Origin: an uncultured Gemmatimonadales bacterium
GTDB lineage: Bacteria; Gemmatimonadota; Gemmatimonadetes; Longimicrobiales; RSA9
Reading direction: 5' to 3'
Assembly: GCA_963741945.1 (NCBI GenBank)
Contig: CAVUKA010000005.1
Location: 96,001-160,000, forward strand
Length of the DNA stretch: 64,000 nt
Notes under the pieces: generated by a model
Databases searched by the model: none
Told to the model about the DNA's origin: nothing
Seen by the model: the letters and a program-made list of their open reading frames with translations, nothing else
Shown here: positions 1-9,964 of the stretch, piece by piece
Numbering within the stretch: the stretch's first letter is position 1
Layout of the letters: every line of letters begins with the position of its first letter
Translations under genes and position numbers: made by a program

Positions 1-2
1 TG

Positions 3-2225
3 GGCGCGGCGCTCGTGGAGGGGGACCACCTGTTGACCACGGCGTATCGCCTGGCCGCGGCCACGGGGAGCCTCGAATGGGTGGCCCTCTTCGCCCGTGC
101 AGTGGAGCGGACGGTGGCCGGTGAGAAGGCGCAGGCGGCGGGGGCCGGTCGAGCGCTGGGCTGGCAGGAGTACGAGGAGATCGTGCTGGGCAAGTCCGGC
201 GAGCTGCTCGGGGCGGCGCTGGCCGCGCCGGCCGTCCTGTCCGGGCTGCCGGAGTCGGCGGCTCACTATCGGCTGGGACGTCGGATCGGGCTGGTCTACC
301 AGATGCTGGACGACCTCCTCGACTACTCCCCCACGGCCGACCTGGGCAAGGCGCCACTGGCCGACCGCGCCCGCGGCCTCTGGACCTGGCCTCTCCTGTT
401 CGTGGACGGTGGCGAGCGCATCGAGGCCGACGAGATCGTCCGCCGGCTCGCGCTCCCCGACCCTCTTGGAGTGCGGCCCGCCGACCGGGCCGTGGACCAC
501 CTGCGCGACGAGGCCACGGCCGCAGCCGCAGCCGCGGTGCAGCTCTTTCCGGCCGACCCGGTCCTGCGGGAGCTGCTCGCTTCCTGGATCGGGCGGGCCG
601 AAGCGGCCGTGGCGATGCTTCCGCTCGCGCGACCCGCGGGGGCGCCCGCGGCGGCGGCGGCGCGCGGCGCCCCGCCGCTGCCACCCGTGGACGACTGGGA
701 GCGCCTGCTCCGCACGCACGCCCGCTCCTTCCACTTCGCGGCGCGTCTGTTCCCGGCCGCGCGTCGCCGGCAGGTGATGGGGGTGTACGCGTGGTGCCGG
801 TACACGGACGACCTGGTGGATGGGCAGCCGTTCCCGGCACCGGCGCTGGAGGCGAGGCTGGACGCGTGGCTGGAGCTCTCGCGTCGGGCGTACGAGGGCG
901 AGCACACGGGGAACGACCTGGCGGACCACGTCATGGGGCAGATGCGCACTGCTGGCGTCCCGTTCGGATACGCCGCGGAGCTCATCGAAGGGATGCGCAT
1001 GGATGTGAGGGGTGCGTCGTACGAGACGCTGGCGGAGCTGCGCGCCTACACGTACCGCGTGGCTTCCGTGGTGGGGCTGTGGCTGTGCGAGCTGTTCGAC
1101 GTCCGCGACCCGTGGATGCTGGGTCGCGCCAGCGCGCTGGGCCACGCCATGCAGCTCACGAACATCGCCCGCGACGTGGGCGAGGACCTGCGGGCCGGGC
1201 GCGTGTACGTGCCCGCGGCGTGGCTCGCCGACGAGGGGCTGTCGCGTGACGACCTCGTCCGGATGATGGAGGACGGGCGGCCGGACGATCGGCTCCGCGC
1301 CGTCGTCGCCCGGCTGCTCCAGGCTGCCGACGACGAGTACCGCCTGGCGAGTGCCGCGATCCCGCTCCTCCCCGGATTCTTCCGCCACCCGGTGGCCGTG
1401 GCCGCGGCCGTCTACCATGGCATCCACGAGGCGCTGCGCCGCAACGACCTCGACCCGCTCACCCGCCGCGCCTACACCAGCCTCCCGGAGAAGCTTCGCC
1501 TGGGCGCGGCGGCGCTCGGGCGCACGGCGCTGGCGCGGCCGCGCGTGTGCCACTGCCGGCGTATCGCCGCCGCGCTGGGACTCGGGGTCCTGAGCTTGCT
1601 GGCGGTCACCGGCATCGCCGCCCAGGACCCCGGGGCATCGGAGCTTCCGCCGGTGTCCGTGACGACCGGGTCCACCGTCGTCGCAGCGCGCCCGGCCGTG
1701 ACGGCCGTAGCGGGACCGGCGGGCCCCGCAGACCCCGCGCTGGACGCCGTGGCCCGGCTCTGGCGCATGGGCGTGGACGACGAGGGGGCGGTGGATGCCG
1801 GTCTGGACGTGATCGCCTCCCTGCGCGCCGGTCGTCGCCCGACACCCTCGTCGCCCCTCGACCTGCTGCTGCGAGCGTACGAGGGCTCGTTCACCGCGCT
1901 GCGGGGGAAGCACGGCTCCTGGCCGCCGGCTCGCCTGCGGGCGCTGCGCTCTGGATTCGGGCTCATGGACGCTGCCGTGGCCGCGGCCCCCGACGACCCG
2001 CGGCTCCGGTACATCCGGCTCCGCAGCGGCTTTCATCTCCCCGGCATCTTCGGCCGCAAGACGGAAGTGGACGACGACCTGGCCGCGCTGGCCCGCGTCC
2101 TCCCCGAGCGGGCCGGCGCCTTCGACGACGACGCCCTGGCGGAGGTGGTGGCTTTCGTCCTCCAGCACGGCGCGCCCTCGCCTTCCGCGCGGCGGGTGCT
2201 GGAAAATCTGCTGCGATCAGGCTGA
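3..2225 (+). CDS. 5'-partial fusion: polyprenyl diphosphate synthase C-terminal part + phytoene/squalene synthase + hydrophobic segment + C-terminal helical domain
   Basis: Frame is open from the window edge (GAALVEGDHLL). Prenyl synthase motifs GKSGEL and YQMLDDLLD; CrtB motifs ARSFHFA, YAWCRYTDDLVD and QLTNIARDVGED; hydrophobic IAAALGLGVLSLLAVTGIAA at ~1563-1622. Confidence 0.85.
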   Translation, partial: GAALVEGDHLLTTAYRLAAATGSLEWVALFARAVERTVAGEKAQAAGAGRALGWQEYEEIVLGKSGELLGAALAAPAVLSGLPESAAHYRLGRRIGLVYQMLDDLLDYSPTADLGKAPLADRARGLWTWPLLFVDGGERIEADEIVRRLALPDPLGVRPADRAVDHLRDEATAAAAAAVQLFPADPVLRELLASWIGRAEAAVAMLPLARPAGAPAAAAARGAPPLPPVDDWERLLRTHARSFHFAARLFPAARRRQVMGVYAWCRYTDDLVDGQPFPAPALEARLDAWLELSRRAYEGEHTGNDLADHVMGQMRTAGVPFGYAAELIEGMRMDVRGASYETLAELRAYTYRVASVVGLWLCELFDVRDPWMLGRASALGHAMQLTNIARDVGEDLRAGRVYVPAAWLADEGLSRDDLVRMMEDGRPDDRLRAVVARLLQAADDEYRLASAAIPLLPGFFRHPVAVAAAVYHGIHEALRRNDLDPLTRRAYTSLPEKLRLGAAALGRTALARPRVCHCRRIAAALGLGVLSLLAVTGIAAQDPGASELPPVSVTTGSTVVAARPAVTAVAGPAGPADPALDAVARLWRMGVDDEGAVDAGLDVIASLRAGRRPTPSSPLDLLLRAYEGSFTALRGKHGSWPPARLRALRSGFGLMDAAVAAAPDDPRLRYIRLRSGFHLPGIFGRKTEVDDDLAALARVLPERAGAFDDDALAEVVAFVLQHGAPSPSARRVLENLLRSG

Positions 2226-2900
2226 GGCGCGGTCCGGGGCTTCGCCCGCATCCTCCTCCCGCCGCGGCGGACCGGCCAGGCGGCGCGCCACCGCGTCGAT
2301 CACACGCCCGCTGCGCGGCATCCAGCCGTGCCAGAGGGCCGGGATGCGCCACGTCTCGCCCGCGCCCAGGACGGACGTGCGCGGCGGGAACGACATGACG
2401 TCGAGCGGCGACCACACGGAGACGGCCACGGCGGCGAGCCGGTGGGCATCGCGCTGGAGTCCTTCCAGGAACGCGCTCCCGGGGCGCATCTGGCGCATGG
2501 CGGGGAGCGGGAGGAAGCGGGCAAGGAGAGAGCCGCCATGGGGCGTCGCCATGAGGATCAGGTGCTCCAGGCGACGCAGCCCGCCCAGCCGCTGGGCGTA
2601 CCAGCGGGCCACCAGGCCGCCCATGCTGAAGCCGACGATGGACAGCGGCCGCTCGGGCCCCAGCTCCCGGTGGATGAAGGCCGCCAGCTCGCTCCCCAGG
2701 ACCTGGAACGGCGCGCGCCCGCTGCTCGGGGCCAGGGCGTAGGTTCGGACGTCCAGGCCTTCCTCGCGCAGCCGACGCCGCATCCTGCTGAACAGGCCCG
2801 CCTCGTCGAGCCACCCGGGGATCAGCACGACCGCCCCCGGCGACCCATCCGCATCCCCAGCTCCCCCGCTCGCTTGACCGCTCCGACTTCGATCGTTCAT
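2217..2900 (-). CDS. alpha/beta-hydrolase (lipase/esterase family)
   Basis: GFSMGG nucleophile elbow, ATPHGG, late Asp and His residues. Confidence 0.85.
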   Translation of the reverse strand: MNDRSRSGQASGGAGDADGSPGAVVLIPGWLDEAGLFSRMRRRLREEGLDVRTYALAPSSGRAPFQVLGSELAAFIHRELGPERPLSIVGFSMGGLVARWYAQRLGGLRRLEHLILMATPHGGSLLARFLPLPAMRQMRPGSAFLEGLQRDAHRLAAVAVSVWSPLDVMSFPPRTSVLGAGETWRIPALWHGWMPRSGRVIDAVARRLAGPPRREEDAGEAPDRASA

Positions 2901-2909
2901 CTACCCGCC

Positions 2910-3677
2910 ATGAAACAGGCCACAATTCTCGCAGTACTCGGATTCTTCGCTCTCGGTTCCGGCACCGCGCGTGCCCAGGACACCGGGGAGGACGCGACTC
3001 CGCCCGGCCGGTGGGGGGCCGAAGTCGGCCTCTCCCTCAACAGCGCCGCCGGGAACGAGCAGCTCACCGTCCTCACCACGGAAGTCGGCATCACCCACCT
3101 GGAGACGGAACGCTACGAGCTCTCGTTCAACGGGCGATACCGCTACGGCAGAAGCGCCGGCGAGGTGGTGGCGCGCAACATCCGGGGGTCGCTCTCGCTC
3201 GACCTCTGGCCTGCCGCCGGCTGGTCTCCGTTCGTCTTCACCACAGTGGAGCAGGATCCTTTCCGGAAGCTCGATGTCCGCGCGGACGGGGGCGGAGGCG
3301 TGAAGCGGACATTCTACCAGCGGGAGTGGGACGAGGTCTCGCTGAGCGCGGCCGTCCTCTACAGCTACGAGCAGGTGCAGGCCGCCGACCCGGCCGTGGA
3401 CCCCCTGACCCGCACCGCGCGCTGGAGCTGGCGGGGCCGCGCGCGGCACCAGTTCCGGGAAGGGACCCGCCTGGAACAGATCTTCTTCTACCAGCCAGCC
3501 TGGAACGATGGCGGCGACTACATCATCGAAGCCCGGACTTCCGGGCGTCTCGCCCTCACGTCCGCCCTGGCCTTCACCGCCAACGTGCTGTACCAGCGCG
3601 ACAGCACGCCCGCGCCCGACGTCGAGCCCGATGACGTCTCGGTCGCCCTCGGCCTGAGCCTGGCGACCACCTGGTAG
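2910..3677 (+). CDS. DUF481-like outer-membrane beta-barrel protein
   Basis: Signal peptide MKQATILAVLGFFALGSGTARA, alternating beta-strand pattern, C-terminal Trp. Confidence 0.7.
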   Translation: MKQATILAVLGFFALGSGTARAQDTGEDATPPGRWGAEVGLSLNSAAGNEQLTVLTTEVGITHLETERYELSFNGRYRYGRSAGEVVARNIRGSLSLDLWPAAGWSPFVFTTVEQDPFRKLDVRADGGGGVKRTFYQREWDEVSLSAAVLYSYEQVQAADPAVDPLTRTARWSWRGRARHQFREGTRLEQIFFYQPAWNDGGDYIIEARTSGRLALTSALAFTANVLYQRDSTPAPDVEPDDVSVALGLSLATTW

Positions 3678-3812
3678 CCGGCCGCGCCGAGCGGAACGAG
3701 CGGAGGCCCGGCCGATCCGGCGGCCGGGCCTCCCTCGCGCCTGCTCCCACGGGGCGCGGAGCAGCGGAGGGGCTCCGGGACGTACGGCGTCCCGGAACCC
3801 CAACCGCGTCGC

Positions 3813-5792
3813 TCAGGCCACCTTCTTCGCTTCCCGGTTGGCCGTGCTGTAGAAGAACCAGAGCACCAGCGGGAAGACGAGCAGCCCCAGGATGCCCTGG
3901 ATCAGCGGATCGCTGATGATCACGGGCAGCGTGAGGCCGCCCACGATGAACCCGGCGATGACCACCCCCATCAGCGCTTCCCCGGCGACGAACCCGGAGG
4001 CTACCAGGACGCCCGTGTTGTCCGCCCTCGCCCGCGGCTCCGCGGCCGCGTACCGGCGCTCCATCATCCGGTCCACGATCCAGCGGAAGACGCCGCCCAC
4101 GAAAATGGCGAACGTGCTCCAGATCGGCAGGTACATCCCGACGGCCACCAGCATCACCGACGGCGCCCGCACCAGAATCAGCATGACGGCGAACAGCATT
4201 CCGGCAATGAAGAGCGGCCACGGCATCTGCCCGTTGATGATGCCGGTGCTGACGAGCGCCATCAGCCCCGCCTGCGGCGCCGGCAGCGCCGTGGCCGGGT
4301 TCGCGCCGGGCGCACCCGCGAAGCCGTACGCCTGGCTCAGCAGCGCCAGCACGAACGCCAGGGCTGGCGCGGCGGCCACCACGGCGATCATCTCGCCCAT
4401 CTCCATGCTCCTGGGTGTGCCGCCGAGGATGTGACCCACCTTCAGGTCCTGCATCATGTCGCCGGCGATCCCCATGGCGGTGCACACCACCGCCGCCACC
4501 CCCAGCACGGCCAGGACCCCATGGTCCCCCTTGAGACCGATGGCCACCATGAGCAGGGCGGCCAGGATGAGCGTGGAGAGCGTCAGGCCGCTGATCGGAT
4601 TGTTGCTGCTCCCGATCAGGCCGACCAGGTAGCCCGCCACGGCCGCGAACAGGATCCCCGCTACCACCATGACCACCGCCGCCAGCACCGATCCGCCGAA
4701 GCTCTTCGTGAAATAGTAGTAGAGGACGGTGATCGGGATCAGCAGGCCGAAAATCCCGAAGACGATCCACTTGTAGCGGATGTCCGTTTCATGACGATCC
4801 GGCGCCTCCCTCTGGGGCGTGACGCGCTGGAGGTCGGCGAACACGCGGCCGAACCCCTGGCCGAGGCTCTTCCGCATGTTCCACAGCGTCCACGCCGCGC
4901 CCACCACCATTGTGCCCACCGCCAGCGGCCGCACCTGCTGCTGCCACACCACCTCCATGGCCGTGGCGCCGTACCCGTTCGCCGCCGCAGCGGCCATCAG
5001 GTCACGGTTCACGAACGTCATCACGGGCACCAGGCACCACCAGCCCAGCACGCCGCCCGCGAACACCACCGCGGCCAGCGAAGGCCCGATGATGTAGCCC
5101 ACGCCCAGGAGCGCCGGCGATGCGGACGGCGTCGAGGCGAACATGCCGCCCGTGTACGTGGAGCCCGCGGGGCCGCCGATCCGCTCCCCCACGGCAGTCC
5201 CCCAGCTCCACCACCCCGTCATCTCAGAGGCCAGAACACGAATTCCCGAGCCGTTCTTCATCAGCTCGATGAGCGCCGAGATCAGCCCGGCACCCAGCAG
5301 GTACTTCCCTCCGCTCGCGCCCGCCTGGCCCGCCTTGTGGATCTCCGAGGCCGCGATCGACTCCGGGAACGGCAGCCCCGATTCCTCCACCAGCGTCCGC
5401 CGGAGGATGATCACGAACAGCACCCCGAGGATGCCACCGACCATCATGATGAACGTGGCGATCCAGAGGTTGATCTCCGTCCACACGCCGGTGATCACGA
5501 ACGCAGGGATCGTGAAGATCGCGCCCGCAACCAGCGCCTCGCCCACCGAGGCGGTGGTCCGGGCGATGTTCTCTTCCAGGATCGTCCCGCCCATCGGTCT
5601 CAGCGCCGCCATCGCCACGACCGCTGCGGGGAACGTGGCCGCGATGGTCAAGCCGGCCACCATCCCGATGTAGGCGTTGGCCGCGCCCAGGACCACCGCC
5701 ATGACAACCCCGAGCAGCACCGCCCTGAGAGAGAACTCCTTGGGGTTCTGGTCTGCCGGGATGTACGGCTGGTACGGCAATTGGTCCGCCAT
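3813..5792 (-). CDS. OPT-family oligopeptide transporter
   Basis: ANAYIGMVAG, LPFPES, SSNNPISG, QDLKVG and LPAPQA motifs; many TM helices; GGAAGGG RBS before MADQLPY. Confidence 0.92.
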   Translation of the reverse strand: MADQLPYQPYIPADQNPKEFSLRAVLLGVVMAVVLGAANAYIGMVAGLTIAATFPAAVVAMAALRPMGGTILEENIARTTASVGEALVAGAIFTIPAFVITGVWTEINLWIATFIMMVGGILGVLFVIILRRTLVEESGLPFPESIAASEIHKAGQAGASGGKYLLGAGLISALIELMKNGSGIRVLASEMTGWWSWGTAVGERIGGPAGSTYTGGMFASTPSASPALLGVGYIIGPSLAAVVFAGGVLGWWCLVPVMTFVNRDLMAAAAANGYGATAMEVVWQQQVRPLAVGTMVVGAAWTLWNMRKSLGQGFGRVFADLQRVTPQREAPDRHETDIRYKWIVFGIFGLLIPITVLYYYFTKSFGGSVLAAVVMVVAGILFAAVAGYLVGLIGSSNNPISGLTLSTLILAALLMVAIGLKGDHGVLAVLGVAAVVCTAMGIAGDMMQDLKVGHILGGTPRSMEMGEMIAVVAAAPALAFVLALLSQAYGFAGAPGANPATALPAPQAGLMALVSTGIINGQMPWPLFIAGMLFAVMLILVRAPSVMLVAVGMYLPIWSTFAIFVGGVFRWIVDRMMERRYAAAEPRARADNTGVLVASGFVAGEALMGVVIAGFIVGGLTLPVIISDPLIQGILGLLVFPLVLWFFYSTANREAKKVA

Positions 5793-6029
5793 CAGACCCT
5801 TCCATGATTCGAGGACGAGGACCCGTCGGCTCCCGGACTCCCCCTGGCCGCGGGCGATGGACACCATGAGCCGCTGACACGCTGCTCTCCAACGCCGCCA
5901 CTGTCAAGGAGCACACGCATCTCGATGCCTACTCCTCCCCGCTTGCGCCCGGGGCCGCGTCGCGCCCACGTTCCTCCGGCACCGCCCGCACGATCCGGCG
6001 GCGGAACCTGCAACTGCAACGGGACAAAC

Positions 6030-7127
6030 ATGCGCACCCTGATGAAGGGGAGTTTCGGGACCACGCTGGCCGCGGCCCTCCTCCTGGCCGTCGCTTCCCC
6101 TGCCGCCCCGCAGGATGACCCGCGCGAGACGCTCGAGGCCGCTCGCCGACTGCTGCGCGCCCACGAGAGCCTCGACCATCAACTCGATGCCCTCGCCAAG
6201 AACGTCGACGACATCCTCTGGTTCGACCGCGTGGGCGATGTGGCCGTGGTGGAGAAGGTGCGGATCTACGGCCCGCCGCTGGCCAACGAGCCGCACCCGC
6301 CGCCCAGCGGCCCGGGCAACCCATTCCGCTTCTACATGTACGTCTTCACGCCGCGGGCGGAGTTCGCCGGTCGAAAGCTCCCGCTCCTGCTCCTGCCGCA
6401 CGGCGGCGTGCACTCCGACTTCACCACGTACCACACGCGCATCGTGCGCGAGCTCATCGCGCAGGGGTACATCGTGGTGGCGCCGGAGTATCGCGGCTCC
6501 ACCGGATACGGCCGGGGGACGTACGAGGCCATCGACTACGGCGGCCGGGAGGTAGGCGACGTGCTCGCCGCCCGCGACTGGGCCGTGGCCAACCACCCGC
6601 GTGTCGATGCCGACCACGTGGGCCTCATCGGCTGGAGTCACGGCGGACTGATCACGCTGCACAGCCTCTTCGACCACCCGGACAAGTACGTGGTGGGGTT
6701 CGCCGGGGTGCCCGTCTCCGACCTCGTCCAGCGGATGGGGTATCTCGGCCCCTCGTACCAGGCGAACTACGACGCGCCGTACCACATCGGGAAGACGCCC
6801 GGCGAGGCGCTGGACGAGTACAAGCGGCGCTCCCCCGTCTGGAACGTGGAGAAGCTGACGCGTCCCGTCCGCATCCACGGCAACGTCCACGACGATGACG
6901 TCAACGTCATCGAGGTCGAGCACCTGGTGCAGGCGCTCAAAGCGGCAGGGAAGGACTTCGAATACGAGATCTACGACCTGCCCGGCGGGCACAGCTTCGA
7001 CCGGCTCGACACGCCCTCGGCCTGGGAGGTCCGCCGCGAGATCTACCGCTTCCTCGCCCGCTACCTCAAGCCGCCCCGCCCCGACATCCGGCTGGGCGTG
7101 GGAGCGGACGGTCGCGCAGCGCCCTGA
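6030..7127 (+). CDS. secreted S9-family (prolyl oligopeptidase-like) peptidase
   Basis: Signal peptide, HGG, YRGSTGYG, GWSHGG, catalytic Asp (DDDV) and His (GGHSF). Confidence 0.88.
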   Translation: MRTLMKGSFGTTLAAALLLAVASPAAPQDDPRETLEAARRLLRAHESLDHQLDALAKNVDDILWFDRVGDVAVVEKVRIYGPPLANEPHPPPSGPGNPFRFYMYVFTPRAEFAGRKLPLLLLPHGGVHSDFTTYHTRIVRELIAQGYIVVAPEYRGSTGYGRGTYEAIDYGGREVGDVLAARDWAVANHPRVDADHVGLIGWSHGGLITLHSLFDHPDKYVVGFAGVPVSDLVQRMGYLGPSYQANYDAPYHIGKTPGEALDEYKRRSPVWNVEKLTRPVRIHGNVHDDDVNVIEVEHLVQALKAAGKDFEYEIYDLPGGHSFDRLDTPSAWEVRREIYRFLARYLKPPRPDIRLGVGADGRAAP

Positions 7128-7224
7128 CAGGCGGCTCGTACGGTCCCGGGGGACGCTTGCCTCCGGGCCACCGCCCCCGTACGCTCCGGCCGGAAACGGA
7201 ACCGCGGGCAGACGGAGTGGAGCG

Positions 7225-8922
7225 ATGAGCATGGGCGGGTGGCGACGGGTGGGGATGGCGGCGCTGGCCACGGGCGCGCTGGTGGCTGCGCCGCCCGCCT
7301 CCGTGCGCGGACAGGACGTCCCCAGCACGGTGCCGGAGCGCACCGACTATCAGCGCACGTCCACGACCGCGGACGTGGCCGCGTTCCTGGACAGTCTTGC
7401 GGCCACGGGCGCCCCGGTGACGGTCGGCAGCATGGGCCGGACGGCCGAAGGGCGGCCGATCCTCTTCGCCGTGGCCTCGGAGCCGCGGATCACGTCGCCG
7501 CGTGAAGCCGCGCGCTCGGGCAAGCTCGTGGTCTACCTGCAGGCGAACATCCACGGCGGTGAGGTGGAGGGAAAGGAAGCGGTGCAGCAGCTGCTCCGCG
7601 AACTGGCCGGGCCGCGTCGCCAGCTGCTGGAGAAGCTGATCCTCCTCGTCGCCCCCGTCTACAACGCCGACGGCAATGATGCCTTCGGGCCGGTGGAGGA
7701 GCACCGGCCCGAACAGGACGGCCCCCCACGCGTGGGGCTGCGTCCCGACGGGCTTCAGCTCGACCTGAACCGGGACTACCTGAAGGCCGAGGCGCCCGAG
7801 ACGCGCGCCTCCCTCGCCCGCGTCTTCGACACGTGGGACCCCGCCCTCATGATGGACCTGCACACAACGGATGGCACGCTCCACGGCTACCTGCTCACCT
7901 ACTCGCCGCCGCTCGACCCGAACGGCCCCGCGGGCCCGACCACGTTCGCGCAGGATACCCTGCTCCCCGCCGTCCGAGACGCGATGCAGCGGAAGTACGG
8001 CGAGCCCGTCTTCCCCTACGGCAACGTGCGCAACCCGGCCGAGCCCCGCGCCTGGACCACGTACTCGCCGCTGGCGTGGTACGGCACCAATTACGCCGGC
8101 CTCCGCGGCCGTATCGGAATCCTGAGCGAGGCCTACTCGCACGCGGACTTCCGCACCCGCGTGAACGTGACGCACGACTTCGTTCTGGAAGTGCTCCAGT
8201 ACGCGGCCGCCCACGCCGACCGTATCCGGGCCATCGTCGCCGAGGCGGACCGCCGGACCACGGCGGAGGGAGCGGGCGACGTCGCCCGGCCGGACCTCGC
8301 CATTGCCTACCAGCCGGCCGACCGCGGTACCGAGCCCGTCGTGCTGCGCCGCATGCGGCGGAGCGGGTCGTCGCCCTCCGGGCGCCCCCGGTTCGAGCCG
8401 CTGGAAGGGTACGACACGGTCGACCTCCCCGTCTACGACCGCTTCATCGCTTCCGCCACGGAGCGGATGCCGGGCGGCTACTTCCTCCCCCCCGCGGAAG
8501 CCGGGATCGCCCGCCTCCTGCGGCTCCACGGCATCCAGGTGCGACGCATCGACCGGGAATGGTCGGGACCGGGAGAGACATTCCGGATCGACAGCCTGAC
8601 CTGGACGCCGGGCGCGTTCCAGGGGCACCACATGCTGGCCGTGGCCGGAGAATGGACCGCGGCGACGCTCACGATCCCGGTGGGGGCCTACTACGTCAGC
8701 ACGGCCCAGCCCCTGGGGCGGCTCGTCTTCTCACTGCTGGAGCCGGAAGGATACGGGCTGCCGCGCTGGAACTCCTTCGATCGGCTCCTCGGCTCGGAGG
8801 AAGGCGCCCTCCCAGGACTGGTCTACGGCTCCACCCCCTTCGGGACGTTCCCGCTCTGGCGCGTGGATCGCGACCCGCGCGCCCCCATGGCCACACTGCC
8901 GCCCATCGGCGCGGAGCCGTAA
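7225..8922 (+). CDS. secreted M14-family zinc carboxypeptidase
   Basis: IHGGEVEG (HxxE), YNADG, DLNRD and DLH motifs; signal peptide. Confidence 0.88.
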   Translation: MSMGGWRRVGMAALATGALVAAPPASVRGQDVPSTVPERTDYQRTSTTADVAAFLDSLAATGAPVTVGSMGRTAEGRPILFAVASEPRITSPREAARSGKLVVYLQANIHGGEVEGKEAVQQLLRELAGPRRQLLEKLILLVAPVYNADGNDAFGPVEEHRPEQDGPPRVGLRPDGLQLDLNRDYLKAEAPETRASLARVFDTWDPALMMDLHTTDGTLHGYLLTYSPPLDPNGPAGPTTFAQDTLLPAVRDAMQRKYGEPVFPYGNVRNPAEPRAWTTYSPLAWYGTNYAGLRGRIGILSEAYSHADFRTRVNVTHDFVLEVLQYAAAHADRIRAIVAEADRRTTAEGAGDVARPDLAIAYQPADRGTEPVVLRRMRRSGSSPSGRPRFEPLEGYDTVDLPVYDRFIASATERMPGGYFLPPAEAGIARLLRLHGIQVRRIDREWSGPGETFRIDSLTWTPGAFQGHHMLAVAGEWTAATLTIPVGAYYVSTAQPLGRLVFSLLEPEGYGLPRWNSFDRLLGSEEGALPGLVYGSTPFGTFPLWRVDRDPRAPMATLPPIGAEP

Positions 8923-9046
8923 CGGGGAATCCGCGCTGACGGCAGCGAGGCCCGCCGTGGCCGATCCCACGCGCGGGCCTCCGGGCCCCCGCCGCCCGCG
9001 AACGGGCCGGACAGGAGGGGCGGTCGGACTCGGCCGACCGCCGATG

Positions 9047-9475
9047 TCAGACCGCCTCGATCATGAACGCGAAGCGCCAGTCGCCCAGCTGCTCGGGGTC
9101 GGAAACGTCGTCCGTGCCCTGGTCCCACGGCGAGTGGCTCCCCAGGTAGCCCGAGACCGGGCCGTGGAACTCGCGACGGTACGCGTTCAGCTGGTCGTTC
9201 GCGGAGAAGGTGTCCAGCTCCTCACCGCCCGCTTCCAGCACGAACGTCTGCTCGTCCGATACCTCGCCCTCGAACACCACCGTGTTCAAGGTCACCTTGT
9301 TCATCGACGGATGGTCCGAGATGGACAGGTGGCCCTTCTCCGGGATCCGCGTCGTCTGCTCCGTCGCGCCCGTCGAGCCCTTGAACTGGAACACGAACTC
9401 GCCCTCGGCGTCCAGATCCTTTCGGTCCAGGATCTCGACGTACTTCACTGTAACGCGGATGCGCGTGCTGGCCAT
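9047..9475 (-). CDS. hypothetical protein (142 aa, acidic, beta-rich)
   Basis: Protein-like composition from MASTRIRV, GGAG RBS upstream, GC3-biased codons. Confidence 0.7.
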   Translation of the reverse strand: MASTRIRVTVKYVEILDRKDLDAEGEFVFQFKGSTGATEQTTRIPEKGHLSISDHPSMNKVTLNTVVFEGEVSDEQTFVLEAGGEELDTFSANDQLNAYRREFHGPVSGYLGSHSPWDQGTDDVSDPEQLGDWRFAFMIEAV

Positions 9476-9682
9476 TGCTTTCTCCGAATCGATAGGGGGC
9501 CGCTTGATCCGCATATCGTGCCACGAGGGCGAGGGAGTGCGCAAGTCCGGAGGCGATGAGGCGCCGCCCGCAGGCCACCGGAGGTGTTGCCGCAGCAGCC
9601 GAATTGAACCCCCAACATCCGGTATTGCGGAGTTCCGCATGCACAGTATATTGCGGCAATCACAAAAACTCAGAGGCTCCCG

Positions 9683-9964
9683 ATGCTGCTCTCTCTCCCC
9701 GACGGCAGAACGGTTCAGGGTGACTACAACCCTGTCACGCGCCGCGTCTTCGCCGAAGCGTGGCCGGACGTCCACGTGGGGCAGGTCATCACGGCCGACG
9801 GCCACCGCCAGCGCGTGGCGTGTGTCACATACCTGACGCCGAAGCTCGTGGCCGTGCAGTTGCACCCGTGGGCACCGGGCCCGGATTTCTGCCGCACGTG
9901 CGCGGGCTTCTGGAAGAGCGTGTCGTGCCGGCTGCTGCCGAACCAGGACGCCCTGAGCGCCTGA
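9683..9964 (+). CDS. hypothetical protein (93 aa, CxxC near C-terminus)
   Basis: GAGG RBS, GC3-biased codons, plausible composition. Confidence 0.55.
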   Translation: MLLSLPDGRTVQGDYNPVTRRVFAEAWPDVHVGQVITADGHRQRVACVTYLTPKLVAVQLHPWAPGPDFCRTCAGFWKSVSCRLLPNQDALSA

